Below are positions 38,209 through 48,940 of a stretch of DNA of 64,000 bases, in pieces (the first letter of the stretch is position 1; every line of letters starts with the position of its first letter). The DNA comes from Armatimonadota bacterium (lineage in GTDB: Bacteria > Armatimonadota > HRBIN16), in assembly GCA_963677485.1 (NCBI GenBank), contig OY781964.1, positions 1,824,001-1,888,000 of the forward strand, in the 5' to 3' direction. A model generated the notes under the pieces. That model was not told the origin of the DNA and made no database searches. It saw nothing but the letters and a program-made list of their open reading frames with translations. A program made the position numbers and the translations under genes.

Positions 38209-41115
38209 GTGCCCATAGTGGGCATCGGAGCCTCTGCTGGCGGATTGGAAGCGTTGAGCTTGTTCCTGTCACACGCACCAGATGACAGTGGAATGGCCTT
38301 TGTAGTCATCCAACACCTCGACCCCACCCATATGGGCATGTTGTCGGATTTGCTGCAGCGAGCGACCTCAATGAAGGTGACGCAAGTATATGACCAACTG
38401 ACTGTAGAGCCGAATTGCGTATATGTCATTCCCCCAGGCAAAAGCATGACCGTGCAGCGGTGTATACTCCATCTGCTCGAGCCTATGGCACCCAGGGGGT
38501 TGCGTCTGCCCATCGATAGTTTCCTGAAGTCACTGGCGGAGGACCAACAGCAGCACGCTGTGGCGGTGATCCTGTCGGGTATGGGATCCGATGGTACCGC
38601 TGGGATACGTGCGATCAAAGATAGAGCGGGGCTGGTGTTGGTACAAACCCCAGAAACAGCCAAGTTTGACGGAATGCCCCGGAGTGCTATAGATTCAGGC
38701 CTTACAGATATCGTCGCTCCGGCAGAGGAGCTTGCGGGTCGTATAGTTGCATTTCGTGAGCTTGGCACTGATATGGCTGAGCCAGATGCTGAGGTTGACG
38801 ATAAATCAAGCACCAACCTGGAGAAAGTCATCGCCCTGCTCCGCACACATTCTGGCCACGACTTCACTCAGTATAAGAAAAGCACCCTATACCGCAGAAT
38901 AGAGCGGCGAATGGGCATCCACCAGATACACGGTATCAGCCAGTATGTCAGCTTTTTGCAGGATAATCCCGCGGAAGTTGGGCTGTTATTCAAAGAGCTG
39001 CTGATCGGTGTCACCTCGTTTTTCCGTGATCCTGACGAATGGGCCAACCTGAAAGATATGATCATCCATCCGCGGCTCTCGGATAAAAAAAGCAGCCACG
39101 AGCTGCGAGCCTGGGTCGCTGGCTGCTCTACAGGTGAGGAAGCCTATACACTGGCGATGGTCTTTAAAGAGGCCGTCGACCAAACCGCGCCCTCTGGTAG
39201 ATGCACCCTCAAGATATTCGCGACCGACTTGGACAAGGATGCGATAGAACGCGCCCGACAAGGCCTGTATCCTCAGAGCATCGCTGACGATGTGTCACTG
39301 GAACGCATAGCCCGTTTCTTTACTGAAGATCAGGGGCAGTACCGTGTGAACGCGGAGATCCGCGAGATGGTCATCTTTGCACCTCAGAACGTCGTCAAAG
39401 ACCCGCCGTTCACTCGTATGAACATCGTCACGTGCCGAAACCTGTTGATCTATATGGAGCAGGAGTTACAGAAGCTGGTTTTGCGGCTATTTCACTATAG
39501 CTTGCTGCCGGAAGGCGCGCTTCTGCTGGGCAGTGCCGAAACCACCAGTGGAACCCCCGATCTGTTCCGACAGATGGATGGCAAGACCAGGCTCTACCGA
39601 CGATTATCCCCGGTGGTACCACCTGATCTACTCGACTTTCCCCGCAGTGTGTTTCCCACCCAAACAGGGCAGCCGACTGCCATTGGAACCCGTTTATCGA
39701 CGGGTAACATACAGATGCTTGCTGACCAGTTGTTGTTACGAAGTTACACGCCCGCCTCTGTGCTGGTAAACGGCCAGGGCGATGTGTTGTATATCTGCGG
39801 TCACACAGGCAAATTCCTCGAACCAGCCGCAGGCAAGGCCAACTGGAACATCTTCGCGATGGCCAGAGATGACATCCGATACGAGCTGGCCAGTGCATTC
39901 CAAAAGGTGATTAAGCAAAAGACGACCATCTCAATCAAAGGCTTGAAGCTCAAGACAGATACAGAGAACCATCGCCTGGACATCAGCCTGCAGTGGATTC
40001 AGGAGCCTGTCGGCCTTCGAGGCATGGTCATGATAGTCTTTCATGAGATGCTCGCAGTCCAGACATCCAATACGAGTCAGCGCAACCTGAAACCTACCCG
40101 GTCACACTCGAAAACCGCCCTTCTGGAAACCGAGCTGCTGCATACACGTGAAGAGCTGCAAGGTGTGCAGGAACAGATGCAGGCCTCAAACGAAGAGCTA
40201 AGGTCCGCGAATGAGGAGTTACAATCAACCAATGAGGAGATACAGTCCACCAATGAAGAGCTGACGACTTCACGTGAAGAGATGCAGTCGCTCAATGAGG
40301 AGCTTCAGACGGTGAATACCGAGCTGCAGGGGAAAGTAGATGAGTTGTCACGCTCAAGCGACGATATGAAGAACCTGCTGAACAGCACCGACATCGCGAC
40401 GGTCTTCCTCGACAACAAACTGCTGGTCCGCCGGTTTACTTATCAGGCCACGAAAATCATGCGGTTGATCCCGTCCGATGTGGGACGTCCGGTCACGGAC
40501 ATCACCTCAGACCTGCTATATGATGGTCTCACAGATGATGCTCAGGGTGTGTTACGCACCCTGGTGTTTAGCCTCAAGCAGATTCCGACGCGTGATGGCC
40601 GATGGTATTCCGTCAGAATCATGCCCTATCGAACGGTGGACGATCGAATCGACGGGGTAGTGATCACCCTTTCCGATATCTCTGCGGCGAAGGCTTTGGA
40701 GGCGGAACTCAGGCTGAAGGCTGACCGCATCAAGAACATTCTGAACTGCACCAGTGATGGCTACATATCGCTTGACAGCCAACTGCGGGTAAGTTATCTC
40801 AACACGATAGCGGAACAGCTCCTGCATCGTAACAGCGATGCTTCCGTCGGTATCAGCATATACGATCTGTGCCCGTTGATCAAGGGATCCGTTTTTGACG
40901 AGATGCTAGTGAAAGCTCTCAATACTAAAGAGCAATCCTCATGTGACCCACAAATCCAAATCGAGCCGTTCGACGAATGTAAAACATTACGCATCTATCC
41001 CGAGGTTGACGGAATTTCCGTCTTCTTTCAGGCGAATATTGCAATAGAACCTGAGGAGAACCCCTTGGACAGGCGGCTCTCCGCATCTACAGACAACGGC
41101 CCGCTAAGGAATTGA
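38209..41115 (+). CDS. CheB/CheR fusion protein with PAS domains
   Basis: GIGASAGGLEAL, QHLDP, LSGMGSDG (CheB); WVAGCSTGEEAY, CRNLLIY (CheR); ELQSTNEE coiled coil; PAS. Confidence 0.93.
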   Translation: MPIVGIGASAGGLEALSLFLSHAPDDSGMAFVVIQHLDPTHMGMLSDLLQRATSMKVTQVYDQLTVEPNCVYVIPPGKSMTVQRCILHLLEPMAPRGLRLPIDSFLKSLAEDQQQHAVAVILSGMGSDGTAGIRAIKDRAGLVLVQTPETAKFDGMPRSAIDSGLTDIVAPAEELAGRIVAFRELGTDMAEPDAEVDDKSSTNLEKVIALLRTHSGHDFTQYKKSTLYRRIERRMGIHQIHGISQYVSFLQDNPAEVGLLFKELLIGVTSFFRDPDEWANLKDMIIHPRLSDKKSSHELRAWVAGCSTGEEAYTLAMVFKEAVDQTAPSGRCTLKIFATDLDKDAIERARQGLYPQSIADDVSLERIARFFTEDQGQYRVNAEIREMVIFAPQNVVKDPPFTRMNIVTCRNLLIYMEQELQKLVLRLFHYSLLPEGALLLGSAETTSGTPDLFRQMDGKTRLYRRLSPVVPPDLLDFPRSVFPTQTGQPTAIGTRLSTGNIQMLADQLLLRSYTPASVLVNGQGDVLYICGHTGKFLEPAAGKANWNIFAMARDDIRYELASAFQKVIKQKTTISIKGLKLKTDTENHRLDISLQWIQEPVGLRGMVMIVFHEMLAVQTSNTSQRNLKPTRSHSKTALLETELLHTREELQGVQEQMQASNEELRSANEELQSTNEEIQSTNEELTTSREEMQSLNEELQTVNTELQGKVDELSRSSDDMKNLLNSTDIATVFLDNKLLVRRFTYQATKIMRLIPSDVGRPVTDITSDLLYDGLTDDAQGVLRTLVFSLKQIPTRDGRWYSVRIMPYRTVDDRIDGVVITLSDISAAKALEAELRLKADRIKNILNCTSDGYISLDSQLRVSYLNTIAEQLLHRNSDASVGISIYDLCPLIKGSVFDEMLVKALNTKEQSSCDPQIQIEPFDECKTLRIYPEVDGISVFFQANIAIEPEENPLDRRLSASTDNGPLRN

Positions 41116-43475
41116 TTTTGAACATGAACCATGACGAAAAGACTGATGCTGCCGCACTGCGACGCAAAGCTGAGGAGCATTTACAGGCTAGCGCGTTGAG
41201 CGACCAGGCAGGTTTTGATTCCGCCGATACACTTAAGCTGATGCATGAGCTGTCCGTGCACCAAGTGGAACTGCAGATGCAGAACGAAGAGCTGCGGGAG
41301 GCCAAAGATGAGGCCGACACTTGGTTAAGCCTCTACACGGAGCTGTTTGACTTCGCCCCAGCTGGTTATTTCTCACTAGACGCCAATGGTATGATCTGCC
41401 AGGTAAACCTTGAGGGATCACGCCTGCTAGGTATGGAGCGGTCGAGTTTGGTCGGCACACTATTTGAGGGTTTCGTCAGTGCCGAACACCTCACGTTGTT
41501 CAGGTCCTTGATGGTTGATATCGCTGAGACCCAGCTTAAACAGAGCCGCGAGCTCGTGTTGTCATCCGCGGATGGCAGACGAGTGGACGTCCGGCTAGAT
41601 GCGGTCTGCGGCAACAACGGCTTGACCTACCGCATGGCAGCAACGGACATTTCCGAACGCAAGCAGGCCGAACAGATGCTAAAGCGAATTGAATGGATGC
41701 TCACAAAAACGCCACAAAGCCTGATCGATGATGATCAAGAGCAACTGCTGTATGCGCCACCTGCACTTCAGAACGGCCTGGTCATGCAGTCCATGGGCCA
41801 GAAAGGGTTGGTGCCTATCATTCATGAGGCTTCCGAATTACTGAGGTCGTCAGCGGCTGTGTTTGAACGGAACGGCGACTGTGCTTTTATGATGCTGACT
41901 TCCGAATGGTGCCGATTGATGAACTCATCGACCACCGCGGGTCAGCCCACAGTTGAACCTGGTAAATTGAACGCCTGCCATGCCTGCGCACTGAAAGATG
42001 GCCTTAATGCCATGAGCCTGGCAACACCCACAGATACCATTTGTGCCTGCGGTTTGCACCTCTACTGCGTGCCGATCATGGCAAGTGGTGAAGTCGCAGG
42101 AGCGGTGACCGTGACGTATGGTGACCCGCCATCGGATCCGGCCATTCAGATCAAGCTAGCCTCAGAGTACCAAGTCAGCTTAGTGGATATCAAGCACGCG
42201 GCTTCTGTATATGATACACGCCCGTTATACATTATTGAAATCGCCAAACACCGTCTGCAAACATCGGCACTACTGATCGGCTCTATGATTGAGGCCGCCA
42301 GCAGTAAACAGCAGCGCGAAATGCTGGAGGTGCAGCTCAGGCAGTCACAGATCATGGAGGCCGTGGGTCGATTGGCGGGAGGTGTGGCGCATGACTACAA
42401 CAACATGCTGACCACCATCCTGGGATATGCCGAATTAGCGCTGGGTGAACTGCCGCCCACTCATCCGCTGAGCACCAGCCTGCGGGAAATTGTGACAGCA
42501 GGCCAGCGCTCAGCCGACCTGACTAATCAGTTGCTGACATTTGCCAGCAGTCAGCCGATCACACCCAAGGATGTAGACATCAACGAGGCTGTGGCTAACA
42601 TGACCAGCACTCTGCGCCGAATGATAGACCCCGGTATCGACCTGTGTTACAAACCCTGCCGTGAACCGCTGTGGGTTTATGTGGACACCGCGCAGATAGA
42701 TCAGATCATGTCAAGTCTTGTGTTAAATGCTAAAGAGGCGATCCATGGCCATGGCCAAATCACAATCGAGACCTCAAGCCATATAATCGATTCATCCTAT
42801 AACCAGTATCATAGCGAGGTGAAGCAAGGCCGGTTCGTGTTGATACAGGTCAGTGATAATGGATGCGGAATGGATAAGGATACCCTGAACAACCTTTTCG
42901 AACCTTTCTTTACCACGAAGCGGTTCGGCCAGGGAGCGGGGCTGGGATTGGCGACCGTGTATGGCATCGTGAGGCAAAATAACGGCATCATCAACGCCTC
43001 AAGTGAGCCAGGCCTTGGCACCACCATCCAAATCTATCTGCCGCAAAATGCCAGTGTGCCACATCAAACGGTCATGGGTACCGAGCAGCCAAACGAGCCG
43101 GCAAACCTGGCTACCGTGCTGCTGGTTGAGAACGAGCCCTCTGTGCTTCGCTACACGGAGATGGTATTGACCCGGTTTGGCTACACCGTGCTCAGCGCAC
43201 TGCAACCACTGCAGGCTATCTCCATCGCAAAGGAACACCAGGGTGAGATACAACTGCTCATCACCGATGTGGTGATGCCAGAGATGGACGGTAAAACTCT
43301 TGCTGACACCATCCGCGGTTTACGCCCAGAGATCAAGACCGTGTTTATGTCGGGCTATACGTCCGATGTGATGCGTGACCATGGCACTCCGGGGGACAAT
43401 CTATTCTTCGTCCAGAAACCATTCAGCCGGGGGGAACTCGCCATCGTAGTGCAGGATGCGCTTAAGCAACGATAA
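41112..43475 (+). CDS. PAS/PocR-like hybrid sensor histidine kinase-response regulator
   Basis: HELSVHQVELQMQNEEL, GGVAHDYNN, FEPFFTTK, GLGLATVYG, receiver LLITDVVMP. Confidence 0.92.
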   Translation: MILNMNHDEKTDAAALRRKAEEHLQASALSDQAGFDSADTLKLMHELSVHQVELQMQNEELREAKDEADTWLSLYTELFDFAPAGYFSLDANGMICQVNLEGSRLLGMERSSLVGTLFEGFVSAEHLTLFRSLMVDIAETQLKQSRELVLSSADGRRVDVRLDAVCGNNGLTYRMAATDISERKQAEQMLKRIEWMLTKTPQSLIDDDQEQLLYAPPALQNGLVMQSMGQKGLVPIIHEASELLRSSAAVFERNGDCAFMMLTSEWCRLMNSSTTAGQPTVEPGKLNACHACALKDGLNAMSLATPTDTICACGLHLYCVPIMASGEVAGAVTVTYGDPPSDPAIQIKLASEYQVSLVDIKHAASVYDTRPLYIIEIAKHRLQTSALLIGSMIEAASSKQQREMLEVQLRQSQIMEAVGRLAGGVAHDYNNMLTTILGYAELALGELPPTHPLSTSLREIVTAGQRSADLTNQLLTFASSQPITPKDVDINEAVANMTSTLRRMIDPGIDLCYKPCREPLWVYVDTAQIDQIMSSLVLNAKEAIHGHGQITIETSSHIIDSSYNQYHSEVKQGRFVLIQVSDNGCGMDKDTLNNLFEPFFTTKRFGQGAGLGLATVYGIVRQNNGIINASSEPGLGTTIQIYLPQNASVPHQTVMGTEQPNEPANLATVLLVENEPSVLRYTEMVLTRFGYTVLSALQPLQAISIAKEHQGEIQLLITDVVMPEMDGKTLADTIRGLRPEIKTVFMSGYTSDVMRDHGTPGDNLFFVQKPFSRGELAIVVQDALKQR

Positions 43476-43599
43476 CACATATCTATAATCTGCCAGGCTG
43501 AGTGTGTTGGCCAGGGTGGAGGAACGCCGCCACGGCCTTATGTACGTAAGTATATATAGAGGGCGTGAAACCGCCCGATAGCTTCCATGTGATAATGAT

Positions 43600-44250
43600 A
43601 TGGACATCAACAACCTGGGGATAACCACTTTGGACATAAATTTCAACGAGATCATCATCTTCATCGTCGCGTTCGTGGTCAGCATCAGCGTGCATGAGTG
43701 CGCCCATGCCTGGACTGCCGACCGACTAGGCGACCCGACACCCCGTTATCAGGGACGAGTGACGCTCAATCCGGCGGCGCATCTTGACCCTGTGGGCACG
43801 ATACTGCTGCTGACCGGTGTGATATTCCATGCCCCTGTGATAGGATGGGGCAAGCCGGTGATGTTCAACCCGCTAAACCTAAAGAATGTACGACGCGACA
43901 CCATGCTGATTGCCGCGGCAGGCCCCTTCAGCAACCTTCTGATGGCGATTTTGTTTTCGACGATATTGCGCGCTTTCCCTCATGCGCCCGGTTTACTGCC
44001 AGAGCTGTTGCTGAATACCATACTCTTGAATGTCAGCCTGATGTTCTTCAACTTGATTCCAGTACACCCTTTGGATGGGGGCAAGATCATCAGCTTCTTC
44101 CTGCCGAGTGACCTGGCTATCCGATTTGACCGGTTCATGTACCAATGGGGATTTATCGGCCTTTTCGTGGTGGTATTTGCTGTGCCCCAACTATTGAATG
44201 ACATTGTCGGTAAACCAGCCATATGGCTTGTGGGGAAGCTTCTAGGTTAG
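43600..44250 (+). CDS. Site-2 protease (M50 family)
   Basis: HECAH, AGPFSN, FNLIPVHPLDGG motifs. Confidence 0.93.
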   Translation: MDINNLGITTLDINFNEIIIFIVAFVVSISVHECAHAWTADRLGDPTPRYQGRVTLNPAAHLDPVGTILLLTGVIFHAPVIGWGKPVMFNPLNLKNVRRDTMLIAAAGPFSNLLMAILFSTILRAFPHAPGLLPELLLNTILLNVSLMFFNLIPVHPLDGGKIISFFLPSDLAIRFDRFMYQWGFIGLFVVVFAVPQLLNDIVGKPAIWLVGKLLG

Positions 44251-44334
44251 TTAATCAGCATCTACTGTTACCCCTGTGCGGTATACTTCATTTGGAAGAG
44301 TGCAGTCAATCTTAACCCATGAGAGACAATAACT

Positions 44335-44763
44335 ATGGTTGGAAACACACCCGATAGGCCCATAAAACGGTCCACTCGCCAGCGTGACCTCATCGCGCTG
44401 CTCGTGTTTGCTGTTGTCGCGGCGCTGTTTCATTTCAACTTTACGATGAGCATGGTCAAGGGACGGAGTATGGAACCCACTTTACACGACGGGCAGGTTG
44501 TTCTCGTTGGTAAGAGGATACCGTTCTATTCATCGAGCTCATTAAAACGCGGTGATATCATCATCTTCCATCAAGATGGAGAGACGCTGGTCAAGCGTGT
44601 ATCATTGCTTCCAGGCGACCCTCTGCCTGATGGCCGCATACTTCCCCAGGGCTTCTTCTACGTATTGGGCGATAACCCGCCCATGAGTGAAGACAGCCGC
44701 AGTTTTGGGCCCATCGCCGCCACGCAAATTGTGGGACGGCTGCTCAGAGCCAAACCTTTATAA
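44335..44763 (+). CDS. lepB: Signal peptidase I
   Basis: GRSMEPTL, LVKRV, VLGDN..SEDSRSFGP motifs. Confidence 0.88.
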   Translation: MVGNTPDRPIKRSTRQRDLIALLVFAVVAALFHFNFTMSMVKGRSMEPTLHDGQVVLVGKRIPFYSSSSLKRGDIIIFHQDGETLVKRVSLLPGDPLPDGRILPQGFFYVLGDNPPMSEDSRSFGPIAATQIVGRLLRAKPL

Positions 44764-44784
44764 ACCGTTAAGGAGTCTAGGAAT

Positions 44785-45555
44785 TTGCAGAACCTACTAG
44801 AAGGTAAGACCGCTTTAGTTTTGGGCGTGGCGAACCACCGCAGCATCGCTTGGGCGGTGGCCCGCAAGCTATCCGCACAAGGCGCTAAACTGGTGCTCAC
44901 CTATCAAAACGAGCGCTTAGCCAAAGGCGTACAGGAGCTGGCAGACACCATCCCCGGCACACTGGTACTGCCTTGCGACCTGAGCGATGATGCGCAGATT
45001 GATGAGCTTGCCGAATCGCTGAAGCAAAAAGTGGGCACCATCCATGCCGTTGCTCATTGCGTAGCCTTCGCCAAGAAAGAAGAGCTCTCAGGACGCTTCA
45101 TCAACACCAGCCGTGACGGCTTCAAGCTCGCGATGGATGTCAGTGCCTTCACGCTGGTGGCGGTCTGCCGCGCAGTCGCCCCCCTGATGACCGAAGGCGG
45201 AAGCATCATCACCCTCACCTATATCGGATCCGTGCGCGTGGTGCCCAACTACAACGTGATGGGCGTGGCCAAAGCGGCTCTAGAGGCCTGCGTGCGCTAC
45301 CTGGCCAACGACCTGGGACCAGACGGCATCCGCGTGAACGCCATTAGTGCGGGTCCAGTGAACACCCTGGCAGCCCGTGGAATCGCCGGCTTCACCGGAA
45401 TGATGAAGCAGGTCGCCGAAGTGACCCCGCTGCGCAGTGCGACTGAGCAGGACGAGGTGGGTGACACCGCGATGTTCTTGTGCAGTGATCTGGCGCGCGG
45501 CATCACCGGCGACGTCCTGTACGTAGATAGCGGCTATCACATCATGGGTATGTAA
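44785..45555 (+). CDS. fabI: Enoyl-ACP reductase
   Basis: GVANHRSIAW, YNVMGVAKAALE, NAISAGPVNTLAARGI motifs. Confidence 0.95.
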   Translation: MQNLLEGKTALVLGVANHRSIAWAVARKLSAQGAKLVLTYQNERLAKGVQELADTIPGTLVLPCDLSDDAQIDELAESLKQKVGTIHAVAHCVAFAKKEELSGRFINTSRDGFKLAMDVSAFTLVAVCRAVAPLMTEGGSIITLTYIGSVRVVPNYNVMGVAKAALEACVRYLANDLGPDGIRVNAISAGPVNTLAARGIAGFTGMMKQVAEVTPLRSATEQDEVGDTAMFLCSDLARGITGDVLYVDSGYHIMGM

Positions 45556-45612
45556 TTCCGTGTCAGGGTATAGGTGCCAGAAACAGTCTGTGGCACCTGC
45601 TTGTAGGTACCA

Positions 45613-45699
45613 GTCGTAGGGGCGTCCCTTGTGGGCGCCCTAAACAAAAACTATCGAATAAACAACGATTAGGGCGCCCACAAGGGGCGTCCCTACGAC
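45613..45699. repeat. REPIN-like inverted pair of GTAG-type REPs (family B)
   Basis: GTAGGGGCGTCCCTTGTGGGCGCCC ... GGGCGCCCACAAGGGGCGTCCCTAC. Confidence 0.85.
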
Positions 45700-45808
45700 A
45701 GTACCAGTTACAGCCCAGGCTGCCGTGCCAGCACGGGAAGGTGCTATTCGGTAGTGGCGTCGTGTTGAGCAGTTACGTTTTAGCTGAATAGAAATCGAGG
45801 TATCCCTA

Positions 45809-47023
45809 ATGCCTGATGTTATTTATCCAAACTACAAACCGACAGACCCCGATGCACAGGTGATTCTGCAGGAAGACGGACGGATACGCATCGGGATATG
45901 CGATGAATCGGCTCACGAGATCGCGCGGTGCTGGGTATTCGCACGGCATATCGCCATCGGCAAAGCGCGCACCGGAATGGGCGGGATCAGCTACGTCTCA
46001 ACCGATGAGGAGCACCGCATGAAGGGGCTTGGCCGCCGCCTAATGATGGAGACCAACCGGTTCTGCCAGAGTGTGGGCATGGGCATCATCATGCTCTACG
46101 GCATACCCGACTATTACCCCAAATTCGGATATGCGGTCTGCGGGCCGGAATACCGCGTGGAGCTGCACAACCCCGATGTCCACGCAAAACTGCCGGAGGG
46201 CTGGAGCAGCCGCGAGGCGGAAGTGGAAGACCTGCCTGCCATCAGGGCAATCTACCGGCACTGGCTGGATAAGGGCTGCTGCGGAGCTCATGACAGGCAA
46301 AGTAATCTGGACCCCGCCTGGCTGAGCCTGGAATATGACTGCATGAGGCACAACATCGACGAATGCCAGCTGGTCTGTTCACCGCATGGCGATGTCGAGG
46401 GTTATGCATGGCACTGCCGGAGCAACAACTTTATAGTTGGGGCCGAACAGCAGGAGCCGGAAACCCTGGTGTGGGGTGAGGTGATGGCCCTTAACCCTGC
46501 GGCCGCCGATGCAGTGGTGGCCGTCTGCCAACAGCTCATGACCATCATAGGGTTATTGACGGACCGCAACCTCAGCAAGATCACCTTCTCCATTCCGCCG
46601 CATGGCGAGGTGGCCAACGCGCTGCGATGGGGGCACAGCCGCTTCCGGCACGACTTCCAGAAGGACGCCTGGTTTATGTCACGCTGTGCGGATGTCGGCC
46701 AGTTGCTGAAAGATATGCTTCCAGAATTTGAGTTGCAGTGTCGCCATCAAGGCGTGCTGGAGGCCCGGCTGGTGATCAGCGTCGATGGCTTACAGCACCT
46801 GCTGACGGTGCATCAGGGGATTTTCAACTACGAAAAGTGTATCAGCCAAAAGCCAGACCTGGAGTTGAGCAGCGGGCAACTTTCGCAGCTTGTGCTGGGT
46901 GCCTACACGGTCGATGAATTTTATTCTCGGCAGATAGTCAACGTCAACCCTGAGGTGATCAATATCTGCAAGGTTCTGTTCCCGAAGCGGTTTAACCACG
47001 TGTTTGTGCGAGACAGGTTCTAG
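45809..47023 (+). CDS. Eis-like GNAT acetyltransferase
   Basis: GGISYVSTDEEHRMKGLG, LYGIPDYYPKFGY; C-terminal SCP-like region. Confidence 0.85.
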   Translation: MPDVIYPNYKPTDPDAQVILQEDGRIRIGICDESAHEIARCWVFARHIAIGKARTGMGGISYVSTDEEHRMKGLGRRLMMETNRFCQSVGMGIIMLYGIPDYYPKFGYAVCGPEYRVELHNPDVHAKLPEGWSSREAEVEDLPAIRAIYRHWLDKGCCGAHDRQSNLDPAWLSLEYDCMRHNIDECQLVCSPHGDVEGYAWHCRSNNFIVGAEQQEPETLVWGEVMALNPAAADAVVAVCQQLMTIIGLLTDRNLSKITFSIPPHGEVANALRWGHSRFRHDFQKDAWFMSRCADVGQLLKDMLPEFELQCRHQGVLEARLVISVDGLQHLLTVHQGIFNYEKCISQKPDLELSSGQLSQLVLGAYTVDEFYSRQIVNVNPEVINICKVLFPKRFNHVFVRDRF

Positions 47024-47431
47024 CCGTCGCCCTGTATCAACGGATACACCTTAACACAATGGCGCAAGGGGGTAAAGACGCAAAGGGGAATGGTTGTGGG
47101 CACCGCGCACGCATCGCGTGCGGTGCCCGGGTTAGGGAAAACCTGCGCGGAGATCGGTAGATACTGTGGCTTTTGTCAAGTCCCCAGGGGCAAATCTGGG
47201 GATTTGGACCTGAATATCAGACACTGGCTCTAGACCACGTAGAATAACGTTAATGTGATGTTTGTGGCATATAGACCAAACCTGGATCCGCGACAGAAAC
47301 AGGCTCAGATGGCATCAGTTGGTCCGTAGCACCTCACATGACGCTCGGAGTCGCGAACGAACGTGCGACATCTTCGTGGCTTCGAAAGATATCGTTATGC
47401 TTCGATGCGTGCTATCGGCAGACTGCCGCAG

Positions 47432-48708
47432 CTAGGATACTGGTGTCAGAACCCTCGGTTTGTTGCCCACCCGACTGCGCGATGGCCGGTTTCGGGATGC
47501 GGGCCGACCACCGCCGGCAGGAGTGGGCTCATTGGTGGGATTTCCATCCACGCATCCCCGTCTTGGAACGCTCACGTCCAGCCCAGGATCATTGCCTACA
47601 CCGGCTATATCATGGGCCGCTCCGGCACGATCCTGGACATGTCCGTTCGCGTCGGTCAGCGGTTGCTGGTTGGCCGCATTTGAAGCTTGTTCGATGCCGA
47701 AGTTTGGATCATATGGCTGACGGCTGATTAATACCGACCACATGAGCACCAGCTGCTTGCGCATGATTGCGCACCGGACAACTCGCTTGGACTTCGGTTT
47801 CTTATTGGGATTCTTTACCAAATTCGGATGCTGCAGTTCCTTCACGAAGTCGTGCATGCTCTGGCCAAGCTTTTTCGACTTACCGTTGACCATCTTCACC
47901 ACAGTGCTCGATCCACAGTAGAGTAATGTCCGCATATATCGGTCACCCATCTTGGATATGGAGCCGTCGTATGTCTTGCAGCTTCCTGACCGTTGCGGGC
48001 AGGGGTTCATTCCGAAATAGCGCGCGACCGCTTTCGATGTTTCAAATCGTTTAGCATCACCGATTTTCGCAAGGAAATAGCTTGCTGTGACGTCGCCGAT
48101 ACCCGGAATGCTCTTCAGCAGAGCCATATCTTCGGTCATCTGCGGTGAACTCATCACAAGCTCTTTGATCTGAACATCAAGCTTTTTGATGCCCATGTCA
48201 TGAAAAGCGATCATCTCGTCCAGCACTGTGCTCCGCGTAAGCCGACAGCTTTGGCGCTGGGCGATCGCCTCATACGGCGGTCATTGGTGTAACCAATAAG
48301 CGCATCATAGCATGCTAGACGAGGGACATAGAGTGAGACATTGTGACTTTTCACATAGTCAGCGATTAGCACGCTGTCAGAGCAGTCCGTCTTTTGTTCC
48401 CAGCCTTTGGCTTTGCGGTGATAGAGAACCCGTTTTGGCTCCAGTTGGACAGCATCGTGCTGGTGCTCGTAGAGGTAATCAAGCAGCGGTCGGCTGTAAG
48501 GCCCGGTGGCTTCAGCCGCATACAAGGCGGGAGTTCGGGTAAGCTTCTTCACCCATGACAACAACTCCTTGTATCCGGCCTTGTTGTTCTTGAACTCCTT
48601 ATGGTCTATCGGCTTGTGCGATGAACCTAATACAGACGCGTCAAACGTCAATTTCGAGATGTCGATCCCGACATAATGGATGTAGATTTTGTCTTCAACT
48701 TCGTGCAT
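47432..48708 (-). pseudogene. IS110 recombinase/transposase, frameshifted near 48270
   Basis: RuvC-like DEDD half (VGIDISK, AEATG, KTDCSD) in 48211..48708; Tnp half (SIPGIG, RSGS, ISKMGD) in 47432..48226, different frame. Confidence 0.88.
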
Positions 48709-48741
48709 GTGGTAATCTCCAGTTGGTAGTGATTGATGGTG

Positions 48742-48940
48742 CAATCAACCAAATCAGCCTAGCGAACACGGGGTTTTCTCCCAAGATACTGTTCGATATG
48801 GGTTGATTGGGAGAAGGATGCCTATCTACGTCACGGTGTTTTCCACCAGGGGCGGTTCCGGCATCCAATCCTTCTCCTTCACCCCCAGCTAAGGGGTGAG
48901 ATTAGCTCCCCGACTGCTTTTGGTGTCCGGGGAGCTCACC
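48742..48940 (-). ncRNA. Bridge RNA of the IS110 element
   Basis: 5' hairpins, then target-binding loop (LTG AACCGCCCCT 48848-48857, RTG TGACGTAG 48826-48833) and donor-binding loop (LDG ACAGTATCT 48784-48792, RDG GCTAG 48759-48763), each closed by stems; transcript ends approximate. Confidence 0.82.

Noticed and set aside
48211-48290. Programmed ribosomal frameshift in the IS110 gene
   Set aside because: No slippery sequence; IS110 recombinases are normally single ORFs; a deletion explains it better
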